Shown here in pieces: positions 49,539-58,918 of a stretch of 64,000 bases of DNA. The notes beneath the pieces are model-generated. The model did not search any database and had not been told where the DNA came from. It saw only the letters and a list, made by a program, of their open reading frames with translations. Source of the stretch: Desulfobacterales bacterium (GTDB taxonomy: Bacteria; Desulfobacterota; Desulfobacteria; Desulfobacterales; UBA11574); assembly GCA_035529735.1 (NCBI GenBank), contig DATKWE010000114.1:2528-66527 (forward strand), in the 5' to 3' direction. Position 1 is the first letter of the stretch; every line of letters starts with the position of its first letter. A program made the position numbers and the translations under genes.

Positions 49539-50714
49539 CTAATCAAGCAGTTTCCAGCCCCCTTTGGTGGCCTTGATCATGACAATATCATCCATCGACA
49601 GACCGTTATGATCCTGCGGACTGATATTGTAGATGCCGCTGATGCCCACATAACCGGTGGTATTCTCGATGGCATCACGGATTTTGGCCCTGTCGGGTCC
49701 TACCTTTTTAATAGCATCCACAATGATGAGTGCCGCGTCCGCACCATAAGCGACCATCGTGCCGGGTTCTCGATTGAATTTTGTCTTATACGCCTTCACA
49801 TAGTCTATAATCATCTTTTTCTGGATGTCGTTGTCGGGAAGTTGATCACCCACGACAATCTTGGTAGAAGGCATCATCACGCCTTCACCGGCCTCCCCGG
49901 CAACCTTCCAAAAGATAGGATCTCCGGCACCATGGCATTCAAACAGCGGTGCTTGAATACCCAACTGTTTGACATTTTTAGCGATGATTCCCATAGCAGG
50001 ACCTACTGTCCAGGCAATGATTCCATCAACGCCCTTGGCGTTGATATGGGTCAACTGTACCGTCATATCCACATCTTTGGGCTGAAAGGCCTCTTGGGCA
50101 ACAATTTCTATGCCATACTTCGGTGCCTGAACCTTTACGTTTCTAAGACCGTCTTTTCCGAACCCTTCGTTGGAATAGATAAATCCTATCTTTTTGATGC
50201 CATGTTTGTTCATATACTGGCAGATTTTGCCCATTGCGTCTGCCGCCTTATACGGTGATTTAAACGTCCATTTCGGCAAAGAATTTGGATCTTTTTTATC
50301 GAGAGGCGCCATCAAAATAACATCCCCTCCTGAATGCATGAAGGCGGGAATCTTTTCCTTTTCAATAAATCCCCTCATGGCCATGGCCGTTCCGGTCAGT
50401 GTCGGTCCGATAATCGCCACCACGTCTTGGGATTCCAGAATCTTTTTCAAGGCCACCACAGCCTTGGTGGGATTGCTTTCCGTGTCTTCCATCACCATTT
50501 CCAGCATACGGCCATTAATGCCGCCTTGTTGATTGACTTCATCGATGGCAAGCAGTACGGCATCCTTCTGTGCTGTTCCAATATGGGCAGCACGGCCGGT
50601 CAAAGCAAAAATACCCGCGATTTTAATGGGTTCGGCACTATAGCAAATTGGTGATCCTAACATAAAACCGACTGTCAGAACCGCAATAACGATCATCAAG
50701 CATCTTCTTTTCAT
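49539..50714 (-). CDS. periplasmic substrate-binding protein (LivJ/K-type, ligand unknown)
   Basis: 391 aa with a signal-peptide-like N-terminus and a type I PBP pattern (IKIAGIFALTGRAA). Confidence 0.8.
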   Translation of the reverse strand: MKRRCLMIVIAVLTVGFMLGSPICYSAEPIKIAGIFALTGRAAHIGTAQKDAVLLAIDEVNQQGGINGRMLEMVMEDTESNPTKAVVALKKILESQDVVAIIGPTLTGTAMAMRGFIEKEKIPAFMHSGGDVILMAPLDKKDPNSLPKWTFKSPYKAADAMGKICQYMNKHGIKKIGFIYSNEGFGKDGLRNVKVQAPKYGIEIVAQEAFQPKDVDMTVQLTHINAKGVDGIIAWTVGPAMGIIAKNVKQLGIQAPLFECHGAGDPIFWKVAGEAGEGVMMPSTKIVVGDQLPDNDIQKKMIIDYVKAYKTKFNREPGTMVAYGADAALIIVDAIKKVGPDRAKIRDAIENTTGYVGISGIYNISPQDHNGLSMDDIVMIKATKGGWKLLD

Positions 50715-50787
50715 TTTTTTCCTCCTCGTGAATTTGGGGATACACTTCTCCGGTCATGATATACAGGCTTTTTTTCACCTCCCTTCT

Positions 50788-51528
50788 TTATCTTTTCGAT
50801 GACTTGGCATACGATCCCTTTCCCAGATAGGCCTTCTTTAATTCTACATCCTCAAGAAGATCCGCTGCGTTTCCCTGAAGCCGTATCTTTCCGGCTTCCA
50901 ATACATAAGCTCGATCAGAGATCTTGAGCGCCGCTCTCGCATTTTGCTCGACCAAAAGGATGGTGGTCCCCTCTTGCCTAAGTCTTTCAATAACAGAGAT
51001 AATTTCTTGCATCACAAGCGGTGCAAGGCCTAAGGACGGTTCATCCAGGAGCAAAAGGTGCGGCCTCCCCATCAACCCTCTGCCGATGGCCAACATCTGC
51101 TGCTCTCCTCCGCTAAGTGTTTCCGCTCGCTGTTTCAGCCGTTTTCCAAGAACAGGAAAAAGCTGTAATATATACTCAAAATCGTCTGATATTTCTTTCT
51201 TGTTTTGCTTCCCTCTCCGCCGATAGGCCCCTATCTCAAGATTCTCCTGAACGGTTAAAGGTCCGAAAAGATGCCTGCCTTCCGGAACTTGGATGATGCC
51301 CAGATTAACGATCCTTTCAGGAGAAAAGGATATGATATTTTCGCCTTTAAAAATTATCTTTCCATTGGATGGCCTGATAATGCCGGAGATAAGGTTTAAA
51401 AGTGTCGTTTTACCGGCACCATTTCCACCAATCAGGGCCAAAATTTCTCCCTCTTCTTGTATAAGCGTAATGTTATCGAGTGCCCGAACGCCGCCATAGT
51501 CGGCACTTATACCCTCCATTTTAAGCAC
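50788..51528 (-). CDS. livF: ABC transporter ATP-binding protein (LivF family)
   Basis: Walker A GGNGAGKTT, signature LSGGEQQ. Confidence 0.85.
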   Translation of the reverse strand: MLKMEGISADYGGVRALDNITLIQEEGEILALIGGNGAGKTTLLNLISGIIRPSNGKIIFKGENIISFSPERIVNLGIIQVPEGRHLFGPLTVQENLEIGAYRRRGKQNKKEISDDFEYILQLFPVLGKRLKQRAETLSGGEQQMLAIGRGLMGRPHLLLLDEPSLGLAPLVMQEIISVIERLRQEGTTILLVEQNARAALKISDRAYVLEAGKIRLQGNAADLLEDVELKKAYLGKGSYAKSSKR

Positions 51529-51534
51529 AGCCGC

Positions 51535-52317
51535 TTATAATTCCTTTCCCAGATAGGCGTCGATGACTTTAGGATTGTTCTGTATTTCTTTAGAACTCCC
51601 TTCAGCGATTTTTTTCCCATAATTTAAAACTGTAATCGTATCGGAAATACCCATAATTAGATTCATATCGTGTTCCACTAAAATAACGGTTATTCCCTTG
51701 TCCCTGATTTTGAGAATTGTGTGAGCCATTTCTTCGGTTTCCTGCGAATTAAGACCGGCCACCGGTTCATCCAAAAGAAGAAGTTTGGGTTCCATAGCCA
51801 GTGCACGGGCAATCTCCACCCGTTTTTGATCGCCATAGGGAAGACCGGCGACAAACACATCGGCCTTGGAATAAAGGTCTATAAACTTTAAAACCACATC
51901 GGTTTTTTGACGAATAATCTTCTCTTCTTTCCACACCATGGGGGTATGCATAAGACACCTTAAAAATCCGGAATGGCTCTGGGTATGAAATCCCACCATG
52001 ACATTTTCTCGGACGGTCATATTCTGGAAGACCTGTATGTTCTGGAAGGTTCTACCGATTCCCAAATGGGCCACCTGATATGGTTTTTTTCGATACAGTT
52101 TTTGGCCCTCAAATAAGATTTCACCGGATGTTGGCGGATATATGCCTGTAATCAGATTAATCGCTGTGGTTTTTCCAGCACCGTTTGGACCAATGATAGA
52201 AAAGATCAAGCCTTCCTCGACCTTGAAGGATAACCGGGTGACCGCCTGCAGTCCCCCAAAATTTTTAGAAATGCTATTTATTTCAAGGATGTAATTGGGA
52301 CGACTCACAACAAACAA
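51535..52317 (-). CDS. livG: ABC transporter ATP-binding protein (LivG family)
   Basis: Walker A GPNGAGKTT, Walker B LLLLDEP. Confidence 0.85.
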   Translation of the reverse strand: MFVVSRPNYILEINSISKNFGGLQAVTRLSFKVEEGLIFSIIGPNGAGKTTAINLITGIYPPTSGEILFEGQKLYRKKPYQVAHLGIGRTFQNIQVFQNMTVRENVMVGFHTQSHSGFLRCLMHTPMVWKEEKIIRQKTDVVLKFIDLYSKADVFVAGLPYGDQKRVEIARALAMEPKLLLLDEPVAGLNSQETEEMAHTILKIRDKGITVILVEHDMNLIMGISDTITVLNYGKKIAEGSSKEIQNNPKVIDAYLGKEL

Positions 52318-52388
52318 TGCTCCCCAATCCGTGCGCGGATCATTTAAAAGTTTTACGTTCTAATCCGGGTTATTCAAAAAAAGTCGCG

Positions 52389-53690
52389 TTAAACAGCGGC
52401 TGTATCGTTATTTCTTTGATCAAAGACCCGCCGGCTTTTTCGCTCTGTCCGCGGCAGGGATCCATAATCGACGATCTCCACCTGGCATCTTACCAGAATT
52501 TTGCGCCGGATCTCTGTTGCCACTTGTTCGGCCAATAGATCATCATCTGCGTTTTTCGATCCTGCTTCCCGTTCCACCTTAATAAGCATCATATCCCGTC
52601 CGCTTTCACGCTGTTTGAGATATATCTGGAATTCACTGCCGATTCCGTCAAGGCGGCTCAAAACATGATCGATCTGGCTCGGATAGATATTGACAGCCTT
52701 GTAGATGAACATATCATCCGTGCGGCCGAGGATCCGGTCATGCATGGGAAACGGTGAACCGCAGGGACACGCCCCATCCATAATGCGGGTAACGTCATAG
52801 GTGCGGTAGCGAATCAACGGGCTGCCCTCTTTGCACAATGTCGTTACGACAAGCTCGCCCTGTTGGCCGGCGGAAACCGGCTTTAATGAAACCGGATCGA
52901 GAATTTCAAAAATAAAATGGTCGGCCCAGTAATGGATGCCATTGTGAAGATGGCAATCGAGCCCCGTTCCCGGGCCGTAAAGTTCCGTCAATCCATAAAT
53001 ATCAAAAACATGGTCCACCCCCATCAGTTCTTTTATGCGCGCTCTCATGGCATCACTGTGGCGTTCCGCCCCCAGGATAATCTTTTTGACCTTTATTTCA
53101 GACAAGAGGCCGCGTTTATGAATCTCTTCTGCCATGAGCAATGCCATGGATGCAGTGGAACAGAAAACGGTCGTCTCCATATCCACCAACATTTCACAGT
53201 GCATATCCGCATTGGCCGGACCCAGGGGCACCGCCATGGCACCGAATCTTTCACAGCCGGCCTGAAACCCGACGCCGGCGGTCCACAAGCCGTATCCCAC
53301 GGCGATTTGAACCCGGTCTTTGCGGGTTAAACCCGCTGTTTCATAACACCGGGCAAAAATATTGGCCCACACATCAACATCTTTTTGTGTGTAGCAGAGC
53401 ACCTTTCGCTTCCCCGTCGTCCCTGAAGAGGCATGAATCCGAACGATGTCTTCAAATGGAACGGAACGCAAAGGAAAAGGGTACTCTTTCTGAAAATCAT
53501 CTTTATCGGTAAGGGGCAGGTGTTGGATATCATCGAGAGAGCGGATATCTTCGGGTTTAATGCCTGCGTTGTCCAGTTTTTTACGGTAAAAGGGTGAATT
53601 GTTATACACGTGGCCCACGGTCCATTTAAGGCCTTCGAGCTGGATCTTTTTTAATTTGTCTTCAGTTAAATCTTTAGGGATAAAACTCAT
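52389..53690 (-). CDS. paaK: phenylacetate--CoA ligase family (aryl-acetate:CoA ligase)
   Basis: 433 aa, PaaK-like, with the SSGTTGKRKV AMP-binding motif. Confidence 0.85.
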   Translation of the reverse strand: MSFIPKDLTEDKLKKIQLEGLKWTVGHVYNNSPFYRKKLDNAGIKPEDIRSLDDIQHLPLTDKDDFQKEYPFPLRSVPFEDIVRIHASSGTTGKRKVLCYTQKDVDVWANIFARCYETAGLTRKDRVQIAVGYGLWTAGVGFQAGCERFGAMAVPLGPANADMHCEMLVDMETTVFCSTASMALLMAEEIHKRGLLSEIKVKKIILGAERHSDAMRARIKELMGVDHVFDIYGLTELYGPGTGLDCHLHNGIHYWADHFIFEILDPVSLKPVSAGQQGELVVTTLCKEGSPLIRYRTYDVTRIMDGACPCGSPFPMHDRILGRTDDMFIYKAVNIYPSQIDHVLSRLDGIGSEFQIYLKQRESGRDMMLIKVEREAGSKNADDDLLAEQVATEIRRKILVRCQVEIVDYGSLPRTERKSRRVFDQRNNDTAAV

Positions 53691-53837
53691 GATAAACTCC
53701 TAACGTTACATCGATACAACATGTTGGCGCTTTGAAAAAATACTGCATTCAGATACGCCGGTCTCCAACGGCTCCAACAGAGACCCGCTTAAAAACCGGG
53801 CCATCGGAATGTTTGTCGGACGCGTTTTTTCACAGAA

Positions 53838-54413
53838 CTAAATTTCATTAAACCCTGTTTCAAGCGCCGTTATGGCATCGCCCAGCATCTTTTTTTTACC
53901 TGCCAGAATTTTTTCAAGAACCGCTTTTAGATCCTCTAAGGAGCAGAAAAGACGGTTTTCGACCGCTTTTGAAACAACGCCAAGGGTAAAACCGAGCAGG
54001 ATCAAGTTAACGGACTTCGGTTGTTGAATACGCTGTGCCAGTCCATCCGCATCCACAGCAAACACCGACGGTTCAGAACCCTGAACAACATCTTCACGAC
54101 GGTTCACAGCAGCCCAAGCATCGGGCTTCAGATAAAAACCGTGCTGGCTTAAACCGCCCGCTTTTAATGCCAGCAGACCGTCCGCATTGGCGGGTCGTAT
54201 CAAGGGGCTGGAAAAGTTCCCCACTTTAAGGTGTGATAAAACCGTTCCGCCCCGCTGGGCCATGCCGTGGGTTTCCGAGGTAAAGACTGAAAATCCCTTG
54301 ATAATTGCCGCCTCTGCCAGAAGACGCGTGACAAAAAGGACGCCCTGGCCGCCCACGCCGCTGATAACAATCTGCTGTTTCATGGATCTGCTCATACTTC
54401 CGATTTTTCTCAA
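53838..54413 (-). CDS. iorB: indolepyruvate:ferredoxin oxidoreductase subunit beta
   Basis: 191 aa with the gamma-type 2-oxoacid oxidoreductase domain (ISGVGGQGVLF). Directly follows iorA. Confidence 0.85.
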   Translation of the reverse strand: MRKIGSMSRSMKQQIVISGVGGQGVLFVTRLLAEAAIIKGFSVFTSETHGMAQRGGTVLSHLKVGNFSSPLIRPANADGLLALKAGGLSQHGFYLKPDAWAAVNRREDVVQGSEPSVFAVDADGLAQRIQQPKSVNLILLGFTLGVVSKAVENRLFCSLEDLKAVLEKILAGKKKMLGDAITALETGFNEI

Positions 54414-54486
54414 TTGGGTCTATCTGGAAACCAACCTGTTTTAACAGGATAAAAGGTCGATCCGATATGCCGATGATTCCGAAAGC

Positions 54487-56325
54487 CTATTTCGTGCTTT
54501 CGGAAGGGTCGTTCCTCTTTTCTTTAATAGAATTTTTTGGACAAACACCCATGCATACGCCGCACCCATTGCACAAGATGGGGTCGATATTTACCTGCGC
54601 CCCTTCTTCATTCAAAACCAGCGCCGGACATTCAAAATGATCGACGCAGTAGGCGCAGCCGTCGCATTCATCTGAAACTTCGACCTGGATCGGCTGATGC
54701 GCCGGTTTTTCTTTTCTGAGCCGGTCAATCAGACAGGGATGCCTCGAAATAACCACCGCCGGTCCGTGCTTCCTGCTGTATTTTAACGCATCTTTAAGCA
54801 GGGATATAAATTCGTTCAGGTTGTAAGGGTCTTCGACGCGGCAAAATTTAACGCCGCATCCCTCGACCAGTGCCTCAATCTCAACAGAATTCAGCGACTC
54901 CCCGCCGGCCCCTATGCCCACGGCAGGTGTCGGCTGGTTTCCGGTCATTGCTGTGGTTCGGTTGTCAAGAATTACGAGTACGAAAGACACCTTCTGAACC
55001 ACCGCATCGATCAGCGCCGGGACGCCGGCATGAAAAAACGTCGAATCCCCGATGGTCGCCACAATGTCCGGTGGTTTTTTTTCATTCTTGAACGCATGGT
55101 AAAAGCCCGCCGCCTGGCTGACAGCAGCCCCCATGCAAAGGACGGTGTCCACCGCGCCAAGGTTTAGCCCAAGGGTGTAACATCCGATATCGCTGGGATA
55201 TATCCCCTTTGGCGCCGCCTTTTTAATGGCAAAAAACGCCGCCCGGTGGGGGCAGCCTGCACAGAGTGTCGGGCGGACGCCGGGGTCCGACGCACCATCG
55301 ATGTCCGCTGTGTCCATACCGGCAAACTCGCTGATGATCTTTTGGACGGTTTCAGGGAGAAGTTCTCCGACCCTGGGGACCGAACGGGTCAGCTTCCCTT
55401 TGATGCGATGACGATCCGCCAGCTGCATCTCAATGATTCCGGTGGTCTCTTCGACGACCAGAATCTCATCGTAGGTGTCGATCATGTGAGATATGAAATC
55501 TCCATGCAACGGGAACGGCTGCAGTACCTGGTACATGGGGATGCGGTCCCACAGATTTAGATCTTTCATGATTTCTTTGGCATGGCCTGCTGCCACACCG
55601 GATACGATCAGCGCTTTTGAAGCATTGGCCCCGGTATTGAGCCGGATCGGTGCTGTTTTCGGGTAGCCGGCAATGGCGTCGAGCTTTTTCTCCAGCGCTT
55701 GATGCAGATGAAACCGAAATTTAGGTGTCGCCGCCCACCGCGCAGGGTCTTTCTGGAAATGGATTTCCCTTGGATGCCACTCAATTTTTCCCGGTTGAAT
55801 ATCCTGTCTGGCATGACAGACTCTTGTGGTGGGACGCAGCATTACGGGAATCTCAAAAGCCTCGGATAGTTCGAAGGCTGTGGCAACCATTTCTTTTGCC
55901 TGCAGGGGAGAATCCGGATCGAGCACCGGGATCTTTGCCATCATGGCCATGAGCCTGCTGTCCTGCTCGGTCTGTGAAGAATGGGGTCCCGGATCATCCG
56001 CGCTGATCACCACGAATCCACCGATTACGCCAAGGTATGCCGCGCTCATCAGAGAATCGGATGCCACATTCAGTCCAACCTGTTTCATGCTGACGGCTGT
56101 GCGCAATCCGGTCATACTTCCTGTATAGGCAATTTCAAAGGCGATCTTCTCGTTAACCGCCCACTGAACGTGTCTCGGCATCGATTCTGCTTTTTGCAAA
56201 GCAGCAAATGAAGCGAGAATCTCGGAAGCCGGAGTCCCTGGATATGAGGTTGCCATTGTGCAGCCGTTTTCCATCAGACCCAGCGCAATTGCCTCGTTCC
56301 CCAGCATTAATTTTCGTTTGATCAC
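54487..56325 (-). CDS. iorA: indolepyruvate:ferredoxin oxidoreductase subunit alpha
   Basis: 612 aa with a GTG start. TPP-binding region (GDSTFFHAG) and C-terminal 2x[4Fe-4S] (CDGCAYCV..., CNGCGVCMGVCP). Confidence 0.9.
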   Translation of the reverse strand: MIKRKLMLGNEAIALGLMENGCTMATSYPGTPASEILASFAALQKAESMPRHVQWAVNEKIAFEIAYTGSMTGLRTAVSMKQVGLNVASDSLMSAAYLGVIGGFVVISADDPGPHSSQTEQDSRLMAMMAKIPVLDPDSPLQAKEMVATAFELSEAFEIPVMLRPTTRVCHARQDIQPGKIEWHPREIHFQKDPARWAATPKFRFHLHQALEKKLDAIAGYPKTAPIRLNTGANASKALIVSGVAAGHAKEIMKDLNLWDRIPMYQVLQPFPLHGDFISHMIDTYDEILVVEETTGIIEMQLADRHRIKGKLTRSVPRVGELLPETVQKIISEFAGMDTADIDGASDPGVRPTLCAGCPHRAAFFAIKKAAPKGIYPSDIGCYTLGLNLGAVDTVLCMGAAVSQAAGFYHAFKNEKKPPDIVATIGDSTFFHAGVPALIDAVVQKVSFVLVILDNRTTAMTGNQPTPAVGIGAGGESLNSVEIEALVEGCGVKFCRVEDPYNLNEFISLLKDALKYSRKHGPAVVISRHPCLIDRLRKEKPAHQPIQVEVSDECDGCAYCVDHFECPALVLNEEGAQVNIDPILCNGCGVCMGVCPKNSIKEKRNDPSESTK

Positions 56326-56386
56326 TTACTTCCTCTATAAATAACGGGCGGCCATATTCCCGTCCCCGGGTATGATTACAAGGAAC

Positions 56387-56421
56387 AAAAAAGCCAGTAC
56401 TTTTTGAAGAAGTGCTGGCTT
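56387..56421 (-). terminator. rho-independent terminator in the iorA leader (attenuator terminator)
   Basis: Minus strand: AAGCCAGCACUU-CUUCAAA-AAGUACUGGCUU (12-bp stem, 1 mismatch) ending in a run of 6 U. Lies 60 nt upstream of the iorA GTG. Confidence 0.8.
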
Positions 56422-56518
56422 ATAGTAAAAGAGCCATGAACCTCTTCAACGCCGACTGACGAAGCCGCTCACAGCTCTGGAATCAATTAATCTTGTGTTC
56501 AAAGGTGGTGAGCAAGCT

Positions 56519-56560
56519 TCATAATCTGTGCCACCACCAGCACCACAGTTCAAATTTCAT
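56519..56560 (-). CDS. putative Trp-rich leader peptide MKFELWCWWWHRL (22 aa if initiated at ATG 56587)
   Basis: ATG AAA TTT GAA CTG TGG TGC TGG TGG TGG CAC AGA TTA TGA, located between a promoter and a terminator. The SD is weak. Confidence 0.5.
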   Translation of the reverse strand: MKFELWCWWWHRL

Positions 56561-56613
56561 GATCGTTTCTCTGACTATGGATTTCATGTTTAAACGGTTT
56601 AAAAGAATATCTC

Positions 56614-56642
56614 CAATTATCTAAGTAAAATACATTTGTCAA
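56614..56642 (-). promoter_or_regulatory. sigma70-like promoter of the iorA leader (TTGACA, 17 nt spacer, TAATTG; overlapping GATAAT)
   Basis: Minus strand: cTTGACAaatgtattttacttagaTAATTGgag. Confidence 0.55.
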
Positions 56643-56778
56643 GCGCTTTCCCTATTTTCTCCTCCGGCCGGTTCTCTGCAATCCGGACCACACCGGCGGA
56701 TGGTGGGAAAGGCGCCATGGGCAACACCGCCCTTTTTCCCATCCGGCTGAGCAAGCAGCAGGTTACGTAGGATGACGT

Positions 56779-57234
56779 TTAATATCCCACGTAGTGAAAC
56801 GGCTCGATCTCGGAAAGCTCTTGGGGGGTGAGGGTTTTAAAGCCCGATGCTTTTATCACATCTTCAGCCCGCTCTGCGTCTTTGACATCCAGAACAAAGA
56901 CTGCATTTTTCCGGCTTTCTATGACAAACCCATAGCCATTTTCAATGTTGACATTTTCAGTGCAAAGGATCTGTAACAGTTCATCAAGTCCACCCGGACG
57001 ATCATCGATCAGCACCGTAATAATTTCTTTGAGTTCCACCGCAATGCCTTCTTTGCGGAGGGCCTTTTGGCCCTGTTTGGGGTTGTCTACAATGAGATTG
57101 ATAAACCCCGAATCGCCAAAAGATGATATGGTGGCCGACCGAATGTTGATCTTTTTCCGGGCAAGAATTGACGTAATTTGAGCCAGGATGCAGGGTTTGT
57201 TTTCTACCGGTATTGTAAGTTGATAGGCTTTCAT
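56779..57234 (-). CDS. ACT-domain protein (tandem ACT)
   Basis: 151 aa from MKAYQLTIPVENKPCILAQITSILA. The longer ORF-track start at 57474 would overlap the upstream gene. ACT proteins commonly accompany PaaK-like ligases. Confidence 0.7.
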   Translation of the reverse strand: MKAYQLTIPVENKPCILAQITSILARKKINIRSATISSFGDSGFINLIVDNPKQGQKALRKEGIAVELKEIITVLIDDRPGGLDELLQILCTENVNIENGYGFVIESRKNAVFVLDVKDAERAEDVIKASGFKTLTPQELSEIEPFHYVGY

Positions 57235-57451
57235 GGTTTTTTTTAAATTTCCCCATCCATCGAAAATCACGGGTTGTTTAATGTCTAAAATAAAGGATTT
57301 TATCCTGAAAATATAGAAAAACAACCGAAGCCTGTCAATATAATTCGAACACGGAACCCGGTTTGCGGACCGGCCGCAAACCGGCAGATGAAACACACCC
57401 ACATGAATATAAAAGTCAATCAGTTTGCGGCACAAGATTTTGAAACGGCTT

Positions 57452-58291
57452 CTAAGCAGCCACGAGATCCCCAAAGGCTCGCTTGAGTTTTGAGGTTATC
57501 GGACCCGGGTTGCCGTCACCCACGGCCCAGTCATTGACCCGGACAACCGGTACGATTTCAGACGTCGTACCCAGAACCATCAGCTCACTCGCTCCTGTCA
57601 ACGTTCTTTCTATAATCGGAGATTCCCTGAAAGGTATGCCCAAAATAACGCACAGATCCAGCACAACGCGCCGGGTGATTCCGGCAAGGATGTGATGGTT
57701 GGCAGGGTGTGTTACGAGCTGACCCTCAAACACGGCGCAGAAACTGGTATGTGATCCTTCGGTGATGACGCCGTCCCGAACAAAAACAGCTTCGGCCGCC
57801 CCCCGATCCTTTGCCTGCTGGCTGGCCAGCACATTCGGCAACAGTCCCACCGACTTGATATCGCATCGTCCCCACCGGAGGTCAGGGACAAGAATGATGG
57901 CAATCCCTTTCTCCCATTCCCCATGGGAAGGCCGGAGCACAGACGCAGATACATACACCGTCGGAGAAATCTCTATATCTGGGAATGCGTGCTTGCGCGG
58001 TGCTACGCCCCGAGTAATCTGGATATAGAGTGTCGCATCTTCATTTTCAAGATTGTTGCGCTGTAACACCTGATCCGCTACGGATTTGAGATCGGCGGGG
58101 GAAGCGGGCGCCATGTGGAGTTCACTCAAGCTGCGCATTAGACGCTCAAGATGATCATCGACTTTGAACAGCCTGCCGCCATACGAGCGGATTACTTCGT
58201 ATACACCATCGGCAAACAGAAATCCGCGATCGTCCGGTGATATCTTTATATCTTCTTTAGAAACGAACTGGCCGTTGAAATATGCTATCAT
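57452..58291 (-). CDS. class IV aminotransferase (branched-chain / D-amino-acid aminotransferase family)
   Basis: 279 aa with a fold-type IV pattern (DRGFLFADGVYEV...). Confidence 0.8.
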   Translation of the reverse strand: MIAYFNGQFVSKEDIKISPDDRGFLFADGVYEVIRSYGGRLFKVDDHLERLMRSLSELHMAPASPADLKSVADQVLQRNNLENEDATLYIQITRGVAPRKHAFPDIEISPTVYVSASVLRPSHGEWEKGIAIILVPDLRWGRCDIKSVGLLPNVLASQQAKDRGAAEAVFVRDGVITEGSHTSFCAVFEGQLVTHPANHHILAGITRRVVLDLCVILGIPFRESPIIERTLTGASELMVLGTTSEIVPVVRVNDWAVGDGNPGPITSKLKRAFGDLVAA

Positions 58292-58366
58292 TTTATTTCC
58301 TCGATAAATTTCTTATGAATGGGTCTGCCCCGCATGACCCGCCAACTAAAATGCACTGTCGCCGTC

Positions 58367-58846
58367 CTATTTGAACCTGTCATCCGACCTTTTTCCAGAG
58401 ACCTGCCGCTTTGATTTCTCCAGCCAGCCGGTCCTCACGGTGCCGGAAGGATGGTCAAATTCCGGAACATACGGCTTGATGTCAAGAAGCGGAGTTCCAT
58501 CGAGTACGTCAATTCCTTCAATGTGCAATTTTGTATCATCAACCCGTACCAACCGGACCACTGACAGTCCGATGGGATTCGGCCGATTTGGCGCACGCGT
58601 AGCGAACACCCCTCGTGGCACTGAATCCATAAATGGTGTCACCACCAAGCTGTACCTGTTCGAATGGTGAAACACATACAGCAAAATAATGTGAGAAAAT
58701 CCACGGAGGTCCTGTACGCCGGCAGCATACTCCGGAAGAAGCTCAACGGTGCCGCATATCCCCTGTGCGCCTGCCGGTTGGATGGGCATACCCTGTGTGT
58801 CCATAAAAGGTGTATGGATCGTGCCAATGGGATTGAATTCGATCAT
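58367..58846 (-). CDS. trmO: tRNA (t6A37-N6)-methyltransferase TrmO (TsaA/YaeB family)
   Basis: 159 aa, PIGTIHTPF...RPNPIGLSVVRL...GTPLLDIKPY. Confidence 0.85.
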   Translation of the reverse strand: MIEFNPIGTIHTPFMDTQGMPIQPAGAQGICGTVELLPEYAAGVQDLRGFSHIILLYVFHHSNRYSLVVTPFMDSVPRGVFATRAPNRPNPIGLSVVRLVRVDDTKLHIEGIDVLDGTPLLDIKPYVPEFDHPSGTVRTGWLEKSKRQVSGKRSDDRFK

Positions 58847-58918
58847 GGTCTTTCCTTCACGGGAACTTTATACCCTATAATTGAGCGAAAGTTTAGGGTT
58901 CAAAAAAGAATGATTCTT

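Noticed and set aside
57235-57474. 80-codon N-terminal extension of the ACT-domain ORF
   Set aside because: It would overlap the 3' end of the aminotransferase gene and has unusual composition. The ACT homology begins at MKAYQL (57234).
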